Below are positions 1-14,315 of a stretch of DNA of 64,000 nt, in pieces. The first letter of the stretch is position 1, and every line of letters starts with the position of its first letter. Position numbers and translations under genes: made by a program. The DNA is from Hydrolagus colliei. Taxonomy: Eukaryota. The notes under the pieces are model-generated. The model was not told where the DNA came from and did not search any database. It was given only the letters and a program-made list of their open reading frames with translations. The stretch is taken from contig CM068742.1 in NCBI GenBank assembly GCA_035084275.1, positions 77,934,001-77,998,000 on the forward strand. Reading direction: 5' to 3'.

Positions 1-20
1 AAAACCTTTGTCTTGCTTTT

Positions 21-1410
21 ACAACAACAACAACTTTGATTTATATAGTGCCCTCCACGCCAGACAGTGTCTCATGCGCTTCACAATAGCAGATCCCGGG
101 ACCGAGCCAGGGACAGGGGGAGGAAGGTGACCAAAGGCATGGTTGAAGAGAAGGGTCTTCAGCTGGGACCTGAAGCTGAGAAGAGAGGGAGCGAGGCAAA
201 GGTAGTGAGGAAGGAAATTCCAGAGCCTCAGGGCACAATGGCTGAAGGCACGGCCACCGAGGGAGGAGCGGAGGATCGGGGGGACATGGAGGAGGTCAGA
301 CCCGTTGGAGCGAAGGCAACGGGTGCTGGTTTGAGGAGAGAGGAGGTCAGAGAGGTAGTGGGGTGCAGAGGGGTAGTAGTTTGGAGGGATTTGAAGACAA
401 GTGTGAGGATCGTTAAGTCAATCCTCTATGGGATAGGGAGCCAGTGAAGTCTAGAAAGGACTGGGGTAATGGGGAGCAAAGTTTGGTGTGGGTGAGGACG
501 CGGGCGGCAGAGTTCTGAATGAGCTGGACTCTGTGGATTGTGGAGGAGGGGAGACCAGCGAGGAGGGCATTTGTATAGTCCAGCCGTGAGGTGACAAAGG
601 TGTGGACTAAGGTTTCAGGGGGTTTTGGGTGATATATTGGCGGAGATGGACGATCTGTTGGAGGTGGAAGAAGGCAGTGCTGATGAGGGACCGGATGTGA
701 GGGAGGGAGGACAGTTGGGGGTCGAACCTGACGCCTAGTTGCGCACAGTTTCGGAGAGTTTTAGAGGCAGACCGGGAAGGTGGGGTAGGTGAGAGCCATG
801 CGAACGGAGACATTGACGAGAACCAAAGAGTACGGCCTCCGTCTTCTCAACATTCAACTGCAAGAAATTTGTGCTCATCCAGCTCCTGATGTCTGACAGG
901 CAGGCTGACAGAACATCAGGGGACTAGGGAGTCGCAAAGTAAAGTGGAGAAATAGAGTTGGGTGTCATCTGCATACATGTGGAACTGTACCCTATGTCCG
1001 CGGATGAATTCCCCAAGAGGGAGCATGTAGATGAGGCAGAGAAGGGGGCCAAGGATGGATCCCTGGGGTACCCCACAGGTAACTGGGTAAGAGCGGGAGG
1101 AAAAGCTGTTTGTGGAGATATACTGCTGGCGGTTTGTGAGGTGGGACTCGAACCAGGCACGTACGGTCCCACTGAAGTGGATGACGGAGGACAGGCGGTG
1201 GAGGAGGATGGCATGGTCGACTGTGTTGAACGCAGCAGACAGTTCCAGGAGGATAAGGAGGCAGAGGGAGCCCTGGTTGCAGATAGAGAGGATATTGTTT
1301 GTGACTTTCACAAGCGCAGTCTCTATACTGTGGGCAGGGCAAAAACTGGACTGGAGGGGTTCGAAGAGGGAGTGGGAGGAGAGGTGGGCGCGGAGTTGGG
1401 GGCGGAGTTT
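21..1410 (-). mobile_element. 5'-truncated L2 LINE with decayed RT
   Basis: ORF 916..1311 has SAAFNTVDH, GVPQGSILGPLL and MYADDTQLY. The 3' stem-loop tail and (GTT)n end are at 21-90. Confidence 0.9.
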
Positions 1411-1454
1411 TAATGTAAATTTGACTGTGTGCTCTCCATCATCTTAGCCCAGTA

Positions 1455-1455
<1 letters not shown>

Positions 1456-1487
<32 letters not shown>

Positions 1488-1505
1488 AATTATATTTGTA
1501 TAGCT
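1456..1505 (-). repeat. (CAA)n microsatellite, terminal repeat of a minimal L2-type tail
   Basis: About 10 CAA units followed by aattatatttgtatagc, as at other L2 3' ends here. Confidence 0.8.
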
Positions 1506-2585
1506 CAGGTAAAGCTAGCCAGAATTCAGTTACTAAAGACTAAATTATCTCCTTCTAACTGCATGGAACATGCAGTGAGCAATGAGCTTTAGTAAGCAGA
1601 GCAGGTCTTGTGTGACTGGATATGGCACCATTTTCTTATTCAATGCTCAATTTCAATCTCTTTTACTTCTAAGTACTATGGTAACAATGAGTAATCCTGA
1701 GATAAATAATAAATTCGATTCATATTCAGTAATACGGCAGTAGTTAACTTGTTCTGAAGCTCATGCTCATAGAAATGTAGTGACAGTAAACGGCTGCTCA
1801 TTAAAACCATCAGTCCTCATTTGACATTATCATGTCACTTTATTTGCATGTCTGAGTTGACATTCGTTGAAAGATCCCCCAAAAAGAGATGTTGCTGCAG
1901 AGAGAAGAAAAAACACTTGAGTGACATTTTCACTTCAACAGACAGAGTGGTTCCACATTAGCAGCACGGCATCCCCAGAAAGCACCATAAGAGCTTTATG
2001 GCTCTGGATGATTGAATTGAGGGTTCAACATACGATGCTCCACTGAAGTCCCTGTACTGGTGATTTATCACAAGCCAGAGGAGCCGCAAGCCAGGTCACT
2101 GTCCTGAGATTTTAATGTTTCAAAAACATTCATTACATTAATTTGAATTGGAAAAGGGAAACCGAGCATAATCCCAGGAGTTGCGTTGGCACATCACCCT
2201 CTGGGGATTAGGAGAATTGAAACTGAAAAGGATACAAAAAAATGCAACATTCTATTTTCAGTACCTTAACATTGTGTAAATCCAGCAATGTTCATCAAGG
2301 AGTAATTTCATGAAACTATGTTACTGATTTTGTTTACAAAAAGTGTATTTTTTTTGTCCTATGGCTCTCAAGACACAGGATGCCAGCGCTGGGGAACCAA
2401 ATGCATTTCAATGTTTTCTCAAGCAGTTTCAATGTCAAGCTGTCTTAGGGCAGGAAAAGCACAATAACATTTAAATCAAAGATACCCGGTACTCTACTGT
2501 CTCTGACAATGTAGCTTTCCTCCACTCAACCTCAAAAGAGTGCCCCAATGAATTTGTGTGAATACTACTACTAATAGAAGAAAAA

Positions 2586-2733
2586 ATAAATCCACGACTG
2601 TTTGTAGGACACTACTTTCCTGTGTTTCACCAAATATACAATCCACGTTACAATATATCTTGTGAAGCACTGTGAGATATGTTGACAACTTGATAAGGAT
2701 CTTTATCAAATGTAATGATTATTAGGATTATTA
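2586..2733 (+). mobile_element. SINE 3' fragment
   Basis: atccacgactgtttgtaggacact ... tgtgaagcact ... tatcaaatgtaatgattatta. Confidence 0.7.
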
Positions 2734-2977
2734 TAGCTGTTCACAGCAATGCCCCACAAACAGCCATGAAGAGAATGATTCATTTCATCTGGGGGATTGT
2801 TGGCCAGGACACCGGGCTGATCTCCTTTGAATTGTCCTTCAGTACACCACCTTAATTTAAAGATGAGTTGCCATGCTATCTGCATTATAAACCTTAACTT
2901 CGGACCCATGCTGTGTTATAGAACACTCAGTAACATGATAGAGGAGTTTTGTGCTCACTGTCTGTTATTTTGTTTTG

Positions 2978-3207
2978 GGGAGTCAGGGGCCTGATACACG
3001 TGGAAATCCATGGCTATGCTTAAGAGCATCCAAACTAGACGGAAATTTCCATGCATGCCACCTTTACATGAAAATGCCTGTGTTTCACATGGAATGTATC
3101 ATGCTTACCAAATTCTGGACAATATTAGGCACAGGTTAGTAAGAAGCAAGGCTTGGGGACTCCTCAGTGTGATTTGGGAAACTGCTGGAGCTGCTGAACC
3201 AGCTATT
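2978..3207 (+). repeat. Unclassified dispersed repeat, copy 1
   Basis: Collinear similarity with 14316-14472 and 39590-39843. Confidence 0.6.
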
Positions 3208-5070
3208 CAGTTTGTTGTTCTGAAATAAGTTGGAAGAACAGCTCCTCCTTGTATGTATCAGTTGCTTGAGGAAAAAGAGGAGTAAGATCATGTATAAGCT
3301 GCAGCTGTATTGCTTCATTGGTTTTTCACATCCGCAGTCGATTCGCTAAGTCCCTATACGCCTCCTGTCAGCACCAGCTAAGGTGTGGCTAGATTCTGAA
3401 TGTCAGGCTGTCAAAGGCTCTTTGGTGACCTCCCTGTGAAAATGTAGAGCAGCCTTAACCATTAAACGCTGAAGCCCTTTAGGAACCTTTGATTTCATCA
3501 GGTGATAGAAAAATATTGAGCGCTTCTGACCAAATCTCTTGGGTAGGCACAATGGACACTGACTGACGGGAAGAATGTTTGTGTGTACGAGCAGCAGCTA
3601 CCAAGAGAGAGAGAGAAAGAGGATGCGATCAATAAAGAAACGAAGGAATAGGGATCACTGAAGAGGGTGGAAAAAAAGATTTTTTTTTAAAAAGCCTATT
3701 TATTTCAGCATGAGTCACTGAGTCCAAAATCAAATTGTGTTCAGATGAATGAAAAGCTTCAAGACCTTGCTGAAGATTGATGGAGAAAGGAGACAAAGTG
3801 ATAGCTGTGTTGAGTGGAGTGTTAACAGATGGAACAGGTGTGCCGGTGTCTGGGGCTGCCACCCTGACAACAGAGACAGGGCTGACACTTCTCTTCATCA
3901 GTCCTGGCACTTTCCACAGCAGGATTCTCACTCCGAGCTTCCCAGATATTCAGGAGCTCAAGTCAATTTCCTATTGATTGAACAGGAGTGAGCTGAAAAC
4001 AAAGATAATACAATTAAATTGCATTCAGTTTCAGTACAAGTTCCTTCAGGAATTCATGGGTGAAGGTTTGTGGAGTTTCTTAATAAAGTAATAGTCCTAA
4101 AAGTCCTTGCGTCCTTACCAATGTAACAAATATATTCACAAACTCACAAATTGTGTTGAATGAAGAAGTCCCGTCAGTCCATTTCATCTTGTCTTTCCAG
4201 AATACCCACTCTAGTATCTTTCCATTACATTATTAATAGTAATAATAATAATCCTTGCATTTGATACAGTCCCTCCCTCCCTCCATCCCTTCCTCCACAT
4301 TGTATTATGTTTTTCCCTCAAAGTGCTGGCAATACCGACACAGGTCTTTCTTGTGGATGAACGTCACTGGGTTTATTCTAATAATGTAGGAAGGCCATTG
4401 CCATCAACCAACCAAAAACAACTTGCATTGATAAATGCCCTTCACATAGTATAATATATCAGAGCACTTTACAGTGAAGAAGTCAGATGCCAAATAAGGG
4501 AGGAAGGAGAGGAAGGATAGGGCATCATAGGCATAAGTCAAAGAGCTAAGGGTTTAAAATGGGACTTCAAAACAGATGGAGAGGAGTAAGACTGAATAGT
4601 CAAAGGAGTTCCAAAACCTGGAGGGTAAAACTGATGGCTTAGTCACCAATGATGTTGCATTGAGGATAAAAGTGGACAGCAAGGGGGGGAGGGACGGCAG
4701 GCGGGAGAATGAATCACCTGATATCCAACATCCACACACATGTTTTCCTGGTGTTGCCACTGGATAGTGATTAGAAGCAAGATGCCTGATGATCCCTTCT
4801 GTACACCAAAGATGCTGAGTTCATTTGTACCACCACTCGTGTCCTCCCTGTGATACCACTCGGAATCCATAATTATCGTACAAGCTTAGGAGCTCCACCG
4901 TGCCGTCCCTATTCACTCTAATTATTTTAAGCTCCATGACCTGGATGTGACCTGCAAAGTCTAAGGCAGATTACCTGATCATGAGCTGTTAATATCAAAA
5001 TGGCCTTGATGCTCTAGGTTTGGCAAACAAATCCTCACCCAGAAATTCCTGCCTACTGAAAACTGCATGT

Positions 5071-5478
5071 AATAATAATAATAATCCTTGCATTTGATCT
5101 AGTGCCTTATCATGTCATTGAGACAACTGTAAGTGCAACACAGGGTATACTGAAAAATGGATTGACTCTGTACTTTGTGGCAGCAGTGTGACAGCCACTA
5201 ATGCACAGCAGTGTCCCACAAACAGACATGGAGTGACCAACCAATTTTGTATTTGGGGTTTTATTAGCCAGATCATCAGGAGAAACTTACTTCTCTTTTT
5301 GAATAGTGTGATGGGATCCTTAACATCATGAACAGGCAGATGGGACCTCGGTTTAACGTTTCATCTGGAGAACTGCATCTCCGACAATATAACACCCCTC
5401 CCCCCAGCACTGTGTTGGAGTTTCACCTTAGATAATGTGATTCAAGGCCCGATGTGGGACTTGAACCCACAATTATCA
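5071..5478 (-). mobile_element. Old tRNA-headed Deu-domain-type SINE
   Basis: (ATT)n tail, cagcagtgtcccacaaacag core, tttaacgtttcatc motif, gggacttgaacccac (reverse-complement B box). Confidence 0.75.
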
Positions 5479-8386
5479 CTCTTGGCTGTTTCTGTCTCCC
5501 ATGGTGAACTAGCAAACACAAGACCCACATAAAAATAATGACCATTCGGGTGAGGCACTGCAGGAACTGTACACTTGTAGAAAAAAATCATCAAATGCCT
5601 TCAGGAGATGAGAGGAGAAAACTTGAGACAGTGGAAGAATTGAGGTGGCACTGAGGCTGTGCGTGAGAGAGCTCAGTGATTAGACGGGAGAACCGTAGAT
5701 TGAAGACTAAACATTTACTGCACTATTTTACTAAATGACTTGTTCTGGATGCTTGCTTTTGCATGTATAAGTGCAGGAGCTCATTGTAAACCACAGCAAT
5801 ACTTGTTCTGTGCTGACAGCTGTAAGAGTGAGCTGCAGGATTATTAATTTTAAATGTGGTTGCTTACACATATGGTGGGTTTTCACTCGCGCTCTTAACA
5901 TCTCCCCTTACACATGTAAGAAAGAGCATGCTAGGGATTGATACATTCTTCTCCAAACTTAAATATATATATAAAAAATAAGCAGAAGGGAAAGTACAGA
6001 AGCCTTTTGTTGTCACTCTATAAATATTATTAGAAGTAACAACAGAAGGCAGTTGGAGGTAATCATAACAAGCAGAAATAGTTCTCAAATCTAAGCACAG
6101 CTGCGTATTGGTCGGTACAGGCAAATCTAGATAATTTGTGCCGGACCATCAGTGAACGCTTCTGGAGTGTTAGCAAAGGCCTTGGCGCCTGTCCCAGCAA
6201 TTGTGGTGAAGGAACACATGGTCAATTCAACATAAGGTGTCATAGGTGCAGTCAGAGCTCAGTCTCAAAGAACTAGTGCACTGGTGTTGGGGAGCAGTGG
6301 TGGGGGTGTGGGGTGGGTGTTGGTACTGGATGAGATTGTTTGTGAAGTCTCAATTGAATTGAGACTTGAAAGCTGCCTATCGAATTCGTGTGCTGGAGTT
6401 TGAGAACATGATGTCTAAGCAGTGGAAGTCTATGGGGGTGTGCAGGGAGTGGGGGAGAGGAAGCAAAAATGTACTCGTTCGTGTACAGCACAAACAAGAC
6501 TAAATTTTGTTTTTCGGTCACAGGAAATTCAAACATGTTGACATGTTGTACAGTAACTAACAGAAAGCTGCGGGTCATGCTCACATTGTACATGCCACTG
6601 ACATCTCTGTCAATAACATCAAAACCTCAGGCTCTTTTTCTAGATTACCAGTCATTCCATGTACATTATGTGGTTTAGTATGTTGCCTTGCCACTAATGT
6701 ACATACCACTGTCTATTTATAGTAAAACATACGTTTGGCCAAGCACTGCCTATTGCACGTCTAAGCTATTAGCTGTGGTGACACCCATATGGTTAAGCAT
6801 ATTTGGGTTTTGTTTTATTCGACTGAAAAATACCCATCTCTTGCTGAAATCCCTTGTGAGTAACTAAAGGTAACAGCTGGGGAAAATCTGTATATTTCAG
6901 GAGATTAATCTGCCTCTGGCCTTGAGTATGTTACCCAATCCTTCTTTCCCAGCAGTGGTTTAACCTGACATCATTTGTTAGGACGTATAAAACAAAACTC
7001 CGTGTTTACAAGTGATATGCAACATAATGATTGTACAATGTATCTTAATGATGATAAAGTAATGAGTTTGGTTTATTGCATATCTGTAAAACTATTTTAG
7101 GAAAGAGTTTGTTGATCTCTTGGGAATCCGATAGGGCCTTTTTTTTTCGTGTAAAAACATATGTTATGAAATTGCACACTGCATCAGAGCTTTGTGAGAT
7201 TAAAACAAAAATAAAGCAATTAAAGGGTAAACTCATTAGATAAAATTGCTGAGTCTTACCCCGGAAACTGAGTTCCTTAGCTGCAAACTGATTTATTCTG
7301 ACCAGGAGGGAAGGTTTTAAAAAGGACGACAAGCTCTTAAGGCAGTTATTCTTGTTAAAAGAAAACATTGGGTTTAGCGTGTAGTGTGGGTCTGAAACCA
7401 GCAAAGAGTAAATCGGAGAGAAGGAAGAGGCCAGGATATGTGCAGACTCAACATGCAACATTCCCATGTCAACCTGCATAATGATTTGAGTGTTGCAGGT
7501 GATACACAAATAATAATCATAATAATAATCATCCTTGCATTCCACACAGCACCTTATCACATCTTCTAGATGTCTCAAAGCACTTCGCCTGCAAATCTGG
7601 GTAGGAACACTGGGTAAAAGCAGTGACATTTAGAGCTACGTCAGAAAGGACTGTATACGTGTGTGAGCATCAGGTGAGAATGGGTTTCAGGCTCGGGCTT
7701 TGATGTTCTTGTTTGAATGGCCCACCAGCACGCTATCTCTAGGCTCAGACATAAGATGATATGACCGAGGTGAGAAATTAGAGAGCTGTAGTCAGCCATG
7801 CAATTGGATATCAGTACCTGCTGAAATGGTATGGAGAAGCAAAGAAAGCAAAAACATTTTTATTTTTTCCAAGGCATTTGAAGTTATTGGAGTAAAGCTC
7901 ACAGATGTACAATTCAGGTGAATCTTGGACTATTGCTTTATGCAATAATCATCAGCTGCCTGTAGAGTGCAGAAAATGCACAGATTGTTCTGTTTAATTT
8001 AATCAGCATACGTGGAGTCTATTTTTACTGCTCAGTTACTGCTCCTGCTTAACCCTCCAGCTCGTTTTCATCCAAAACAATTGGTTTGTTGAAGTTGGAA
8101 TAGCGGCATTCAAGATATTATAGCTGGATCTGAAGAATCCATGGCATTATCCTCCCACTGCTTCCAGAATGTACCTCAAACCCTTAGTATCTGATGAGTG
8201 GGATGGTGGATGGAAGCCCTGCCCTATCACTTGACTAGTCGATGGGAGTAGGAAGTGCAAGGATGGGAGTCATGGGAGTAGGAAGTTGGAACCTGCCTAG
8301 TGGAAGTTATGTGAAGCCTCCTGTTTCTGGGTGACCAGTGGAGAGACTGCCCTCACAATGCAACGCTCTTCCTCAAATGATCTTTT

Positions 8387-8697
8387 GGAGTGCCATGCAG
8401 CTGGTGGCTAGGCTTTCCCCAGAGTGTGACATATGGGTTCTACAGATCAAGGCAAAACCTTGGGAAAGTTTCCTTACTCCACACTCCTAATAATAATCTG
8501 TCTGAAATAAAACACAATAATAAAAATTGGTCATTTCAATCCACGACTGTTTGTGGGACACTGCTGTGTATAATTGGCTGCCGCATTTCACCCACAAATA
8601 TACAGTCAATTCACTTTACAGTATATTCTGTGAAGTGCTTTGAGACATCGATAAGATGCGAAAAGCGTTATATCAAATGCAAGGATTAGTATTATTA
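8387..8697 (+). mobile_element. SINE (short subfamily), decayed head
   Basis: aagtttccttactccac, tgtttgtgggacactgctgtg, L2-like tail. Confidence 0.85.
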
Positions 8698-8934
8698 CAA
8701 TATGGTTGTGACAATGTTCTGGCTAGGAATCAAACTTCTCTCAAATGCTTCCAAATCCTAATTGACCCATTGTAACGCTTTCACATGCCTGAGTACTACC
8801 AAGCTGTGACATGCGTAAGTATTCATGGCAGGCATACCATTAGGGTATAACTTTATAGCGTCCTTCACATCGGGAGGATGCCCCGAGGCGCTGGAGGCAC
8901 AGTTCCACAGATAAAACATTAAATAGAATCCAAC

Positions 8935-9188
8935 TATTCAGGTGGATGTTAAAGATCCTATGGCACCATGTAAAATAGCAGGACATTTGTCTTCTCCTTG
9001 CTCCGGATGAATTGTTCATTCACTTTGTGGCTGTGCACGGCACTATGGTATGTGCAATATAGCCACTGCATTTGCCAAGAAATATATAGTCACTAAATGA
9101 AACACAGGTACCTATGAGCACTTTGAGACATTGAGATATTATAGACAAATATCAAATGCAAGTATTATTATTATTTATCATTATTATA
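8935..9188 (+). mobile_element. Old Deu-domain-type SINE fragment
   Basis: ttcaggtggatgttaaagatcctatggcac core and (ATT)n tail. Confidence 0.65.
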
Positions 9189-9201
9189 ATGAGCGTATCC
9201 A

Positions 9202-9513
9202 GGAGTTCCATAGCTCAGTGGTTAGAACACTTGCCTCACAAGCGAGAGGCCTTGGTTCAACTCCCAACAGGGTGAAACCTTGGGCAAGTTTCCCTATTCG
9301 ACACACATGCTAATAATAATCCCTCACGAAAAAAATACTAATAATTGGTCATTTCAATTCAAGACTGTTTGTGGGACACTGCTGTGCGCAATTGGCCACT
9401 GTGTTTTGCGCACAAGTATAAAGTTAATTCAGTTTACAATATATTCTGTGAAGCACTTTGAGACCTTAGAAGATGTGAAACGTGCTATATCAAATGCAAG
9501 GAATTAATATTAT
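9202..9513 (+). mobile_element. Full-length tRNA-derived SINE (short subfamily)
   Basis: A box TAGCTCAGTGG, B box GGTTCAACTCC, core and tail. Confidence 0.88.
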
Positions 9514-12500
9514 CATCTTCAATCACAGCTCATGTGCTCACTCGAGTTTAAACATACTACATACGGCTAATCAGATCATTGTATTTTCATTGCTGTGATT
9601 AAATATTTGAAAATTCTTAAAAATAATAAGAATTCCAATATTGCTCTGAATCACACAGCAAATTCCATTTACACTGAAATTTGTAAAAGATTATAGAGGA
9701 AAGCAGAGGAGTTGTTTGAAGGATCAAATTGACTGTAAGTCCAGAAATAAAGCAACATCCTTCAGAGGAGATTCAAAGAAAGTCAGAAACTTTCAGTGAT
9801 GTTCATTCCATAGTCATCTTCAGAACAACATCTTTAATTCCAATTGAATTTCAGTCAAGCTATGTATTGATATGATTTACATTGAAGCATTACACAGAAC
9901 CAAAGTTGGACTAAATTCAGTTGAAGTCCTGTAGCTCCCCTTCAGTCACAGCAGAGTACTGCAGTCAATTTCACTGGTCTGATCAAGGAAGGTTAGAAAT
10001 AAGAAGTGAAGAGAGAAAGCTGCACCATTTATGATTTTCATTGGTAGCTTTTGCACAGTTAACCCCATAAATCTAGGCTGACCATCCAATGTAGTAGGGA
10101 AGGCATGCTGCAGGGCTGGAGTTAGCGGATCCATCTGCAAGTTGAGGTGGATGTTAAAGCTACTGTGGCATTATGACGAAGAAGGGGAGGAGGAAATATT
10201 CCTGGATTGCTAGCCAATATTTCTCCCTTATCCAAATTCACCAAAGCTAATTCATTGATCATTCATCTCCATGCTCTTTGTGGGAAAGGTCATTGTGGTT
10301 CAAGGTGTGAGCATGATGCTCGGATGCGATATAGCCATTCATCAACTCCCAAGTCTGATTATCATGTAAGAATAATAATACTAATCTTCGCCTTTGATAT
10401 AACGGCTTAACATGTCTTTGAGACAACTCAAAACACTTCATAGAATATACTGCAAAGTGAATTGACTGTATATTTTGTGGGCAAAACAAATTCAACAATT
10501 TTGTAAGTCCCTGATGAGTAGAAAGGAGGCTACGGAAAATAATAATAATAATGCTTGAGTGTGTTCTCCTTGAACGTTTTGGAAAAATAGACAAGAAGGA
10601 TTTTCCTGGGTCTCGGGAATGAATTTTTAACTTAATGATTACGTCAGTTGAAAATGCTACATTTTTTACAGTGCACAAATAAAGTTTAAAAAGAGGACAA
10701 CAGTTTAGTGGGAGGTGGTGGGTTGGGGGGGCGGGGGGTGGAGGGAAAGCAGAAAGCAGAAGACCATTGAGGCCTCTTCCCAGCCTCCTCCGTTATTTGT
10801 GCTTGGCTGCAATTTCACTCTGCAATCTGCGTCAGGAAACAAACTCCATAATAAACTTCCTCAGCCTATTTGTCGGACAGCTGTAAATTCAAATGTATCC
10901 CTAATTTCCAGCTGTTTTGGATTAATACACACAGTCTGACTCATGTGCATGAATTTATTTGCGGTGATATTAGTTTTAGAATGAACACTCTTACCTCCCA
11001 AATTTATTTTAACACTGGGTCTGCCAATGGTTCCACAATCTCCTGTTTGAATAGGCTGAACAGTTCTGTACATTTTGAGCTAACAAACTGAGAAAGGGTG
11101 GGATACATTTAGTGATTTTTGATCAATAATAATTGTTGCATTTGATATTGCACCTATTAGGTGGAAGTGTCACAAAATACTTCACGGACAATTGCTGTGA
11201 AGTGAAGTGACAGTGTGTATTCATAGGCGAATGTGGGAGCCAATTTGTCTACAAACAGCAATAGTCTACAAACAGCCATGAAGTGAATGATTAATTTGTG
11301 ACATGTTAAAATAGAATCATGCAAATTTACATTAAGGCAGGGAAATGAATCTGGAAATGGTTGAAAAAGTAAAGAGGAAGAATTGCAGGATCAGAAAGAC
11401 AACAACAAAATTACATTTTTAGAGTGCCTTTCACATTGGGGGGATGTCGCAAAGCGCTGAAAGAGTGCAGGAAATGGTCATGGGATCAGCAAATTGAAGA
11501 AGTAAGTCAATTTACTTTACCAACAAGCAAACAATTGAGTCCCACTCACCACCCTTTCCCCATACCCTTATGTATATTTCTTTTTCAATGACCCATGCGT
11601 CACACACCACTGCTAATTAATGGATTAACCGATGGCTCACAGTGCTCTGGAAGCAGAACCTGTCCACCTCTGAGACCTTTCTCAACGATTGTATTGGAGA
11701 AAGTGGCTGTGCCATGCAATAGACTTGTAGATCGTAGACTGTGGCATGGGCATTTAACCACCCAGTAGCATGTCACCGGCTTTACACTCACTTTTTTTGT
11801 TTGATGAAACAAACTAGCCAGTTGTACAATGCCACAATCCGTGAGCCAGATATAAAAGGATGATATGGTTGGCCTGTCAGACTCGGGCATTGAGTAGGGT
11901 CATTGGAGGGTTCACCTCAAGCACGCAGGGGAGCAGTCAATGTGCTAACAATTATATATAAACCAATTTTAAACATTTCCTGTGCTTGCTCTCATTACTT
12001 ATTTCCTTTTATGTTTTCTTATTCCCGATTCCAGATTTTGTACTTCAAAAACTAGTCACCAACCCTTTTGCTCCTTTCATCCAGATTCCACTATTTTGAG
12101 AAGTGAAACTGAGTTTTTCTTTAAGTGGTTTTCATTGACTTCAATGTCTGGTTTTACAAAAACGAAAAGCTAACACATGACAGCGCTGCACCACCGATGT
12201 GACCAGGTCAAGTTCTGAGTCAGTTACCATGTCTAAAGAAAGAAATAAGGATTACAACCCAGTAAACTCTGTGCTAGCCACATTGTCCCAGACACTTGAA
12301 TGAGTAATATTAAGGAAATCTTCACAAATGATTAAAAAAAACACTGCAGTCATTTTGCAATAAGGTTGATTGTATCATAGTAAGCAATATAAGTTGTAAG
12401 GCGTTCAACACTTTATATTCATGGCACAAATATAGCTTAGACAACTCTGAAGAAAGAAGAGTCTATGTTGAGGTGCTGCTAACCAGCTAAAAGCACATAG

Positions 12501-12859
12501 CTTTCCATCGAGAGCAACCATTTGGCAAACTTACCAGTTCCTTGTTCAGCTGGACAATCCTACCCATTAGGGCTTTGGCTTGCAGGGCTAAAAGGAGCTG
12601 TATGGGAAGAGTCCCTGCCCCTAGTGATTGCTCATATCTTCCAGGTCCTGCTGATGGGCCAGACGGGCTCTGCTGTCATCAGCAGTTCCTTAGAGAACTG
12701 TGGACCTGCCTGGCTCAAGCACTGGACTACTGAGACCACCACAGATGTTGAGCTCAATTCTAACAATCCACTGCTATAAATGTCACCTTGGAGCCAGCTC
12801 AGCTTCAAGTCATCCTCTTTACCTCCACCCAAGGAGTATAGTCACTAGTTGGTCATTTG

Positions 12860-13342
12860 AAATCTGCCAAGAGTGGAGACACTGTATTTCACCTCCATTA
12901 CATATCTGCCTCACCATACCTCCACACCCACTGAAGCTGAAACCCTTAACCATACATTTGTCAATTCCGATCTCGATTATTACAATGCCCTCCATGCATG
13001 TCTCCCCATAGCCATTATTCAACTGATTAAAAACTCCCACTGCCCATATACTCACCATCTCTAAACTCTGAACCTTCATCATATCAGTCCTCGCCAGGCT
13101 CCATTGGTCTTTCTCGCAGAATGGATCAACCACAATCCTCACATTTGTCTACAAATCCCTTCATTCCATGGCACCTTTCTGACCTGCTTCTTCCTCGCTT
13201 CACTTGTCCTTCTTCATCTCTGCGCCACCATCGGCCGGTGTGCTTTCAGCTACTATGGTGTTAGGCACTCCCATTGTTACACACTGCACAGTGCTTCTGG
13301 TATAGAGGACACAATATAAATGCAAGTTGTTGCTGTTGTTGA
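12860..13342 (+). mobile_element. Old L2 3' fragment
   Basis: Decayed AETL..F..S.LDYYNAL block, ctccattgg, (GTT)n tail. Confidence 0.7.
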
Positions 13343-14315
13343 TTGAGCCTTCACTAGTTGGATGGCAAGTCTCTGGAACTCCCTGCAAGCATTCTGGTAG
13401 CCAACCAAAGCTCAGCATGAAATTGTGCGAGCATTACCACCATCTTCCTGTCTGCAGCTCGGCAGTCATCTTTAACTTAACTTCTTTTCAGAATAAAATA
13501 GTTGGCATTATTTAGAATAACTCACCATTATTTATTATTACCAGCAAAGAAACTGTCTCCAATTGCCAAGGGGAAATTGGTGTATTAGGACCAAATGTTA
13601 AAAACTATTTTTCAAAATAAGATCAGAGCAAAAATCATCTTGTTAAAGAAGGCAATGAGCAATTCCAGTTGAAAGTGGACCCAGATGTATTTCAGAGTAC
13701 GTATCCTGGTGGTTTTCCAATTCCACACATACCGAAGACTGGTTGATTTACAGAATCTCAAATTACTGCAATCATAAAAAATATGCCGAGTGCATTTAGT
13801 GAATGTTTGTGAACTGAAGTAGGTTAACAAAATAATACGTCTAAACAACCAATTCAAGGTTATAAATGCAAATGGTACAACACATTAATCCAGCTGTGGC
13901 CTGCATAACTGCAGTGGAATAAAGGGAGAAAAAGACATTTTTGTGGGGAAGGCCTTTGTGTCTTGTACTGTGTGGTCTGATGCGTTGCCAGCACATTTTT
14001 GATGAGGAAGTTGACCTTCCCCGCCTCCACACCGACAATTAGATCAGACGACAGATATTACAGGACATGACAAAACAGTAAATTTCCTCCTTCCCTCACT
14101 GACCCTCTAACTTCATCTCAAGACCTACCTTTTTGACTTCTCTTTCGGTCATCTTTTCCTTTCCGCTCTAGTTGACTCCTTGCTCAAGCAACAAGGCAGC
14201 ATTGTTAAGTGCATTTGAAACATTATCCCAATAGGGAGGCCGCTATATAAATGTTCTTGTAATTCACATAAAGTAATCACATAAAACATACAATATCAAC
14301 ATAACTTTTTTCTGA

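Noticed and set aside
958-1413. GC-rich ORFs overlapping L2 copies (also 67..447 and 14519..15097)
   Set aside because: Antisense or alternative frames of L2 ORF2.
7045-7629. 194-aa ORF on the minus strand
   Set aside because: Starts in a SINE tail, has the composition of AT-rich non-coding DNA and no recognisable domain.
8241-8287. Short direct duplication atgggagtaggaagt
   Set aside because: Simple slippage duplication with no further structure.
10709-10745. G-rich tracts (also ~6288-6322 and ~31182-31199)
   Set aside because: G4-capable, but with no supporting context and common in vertebrate DNA.
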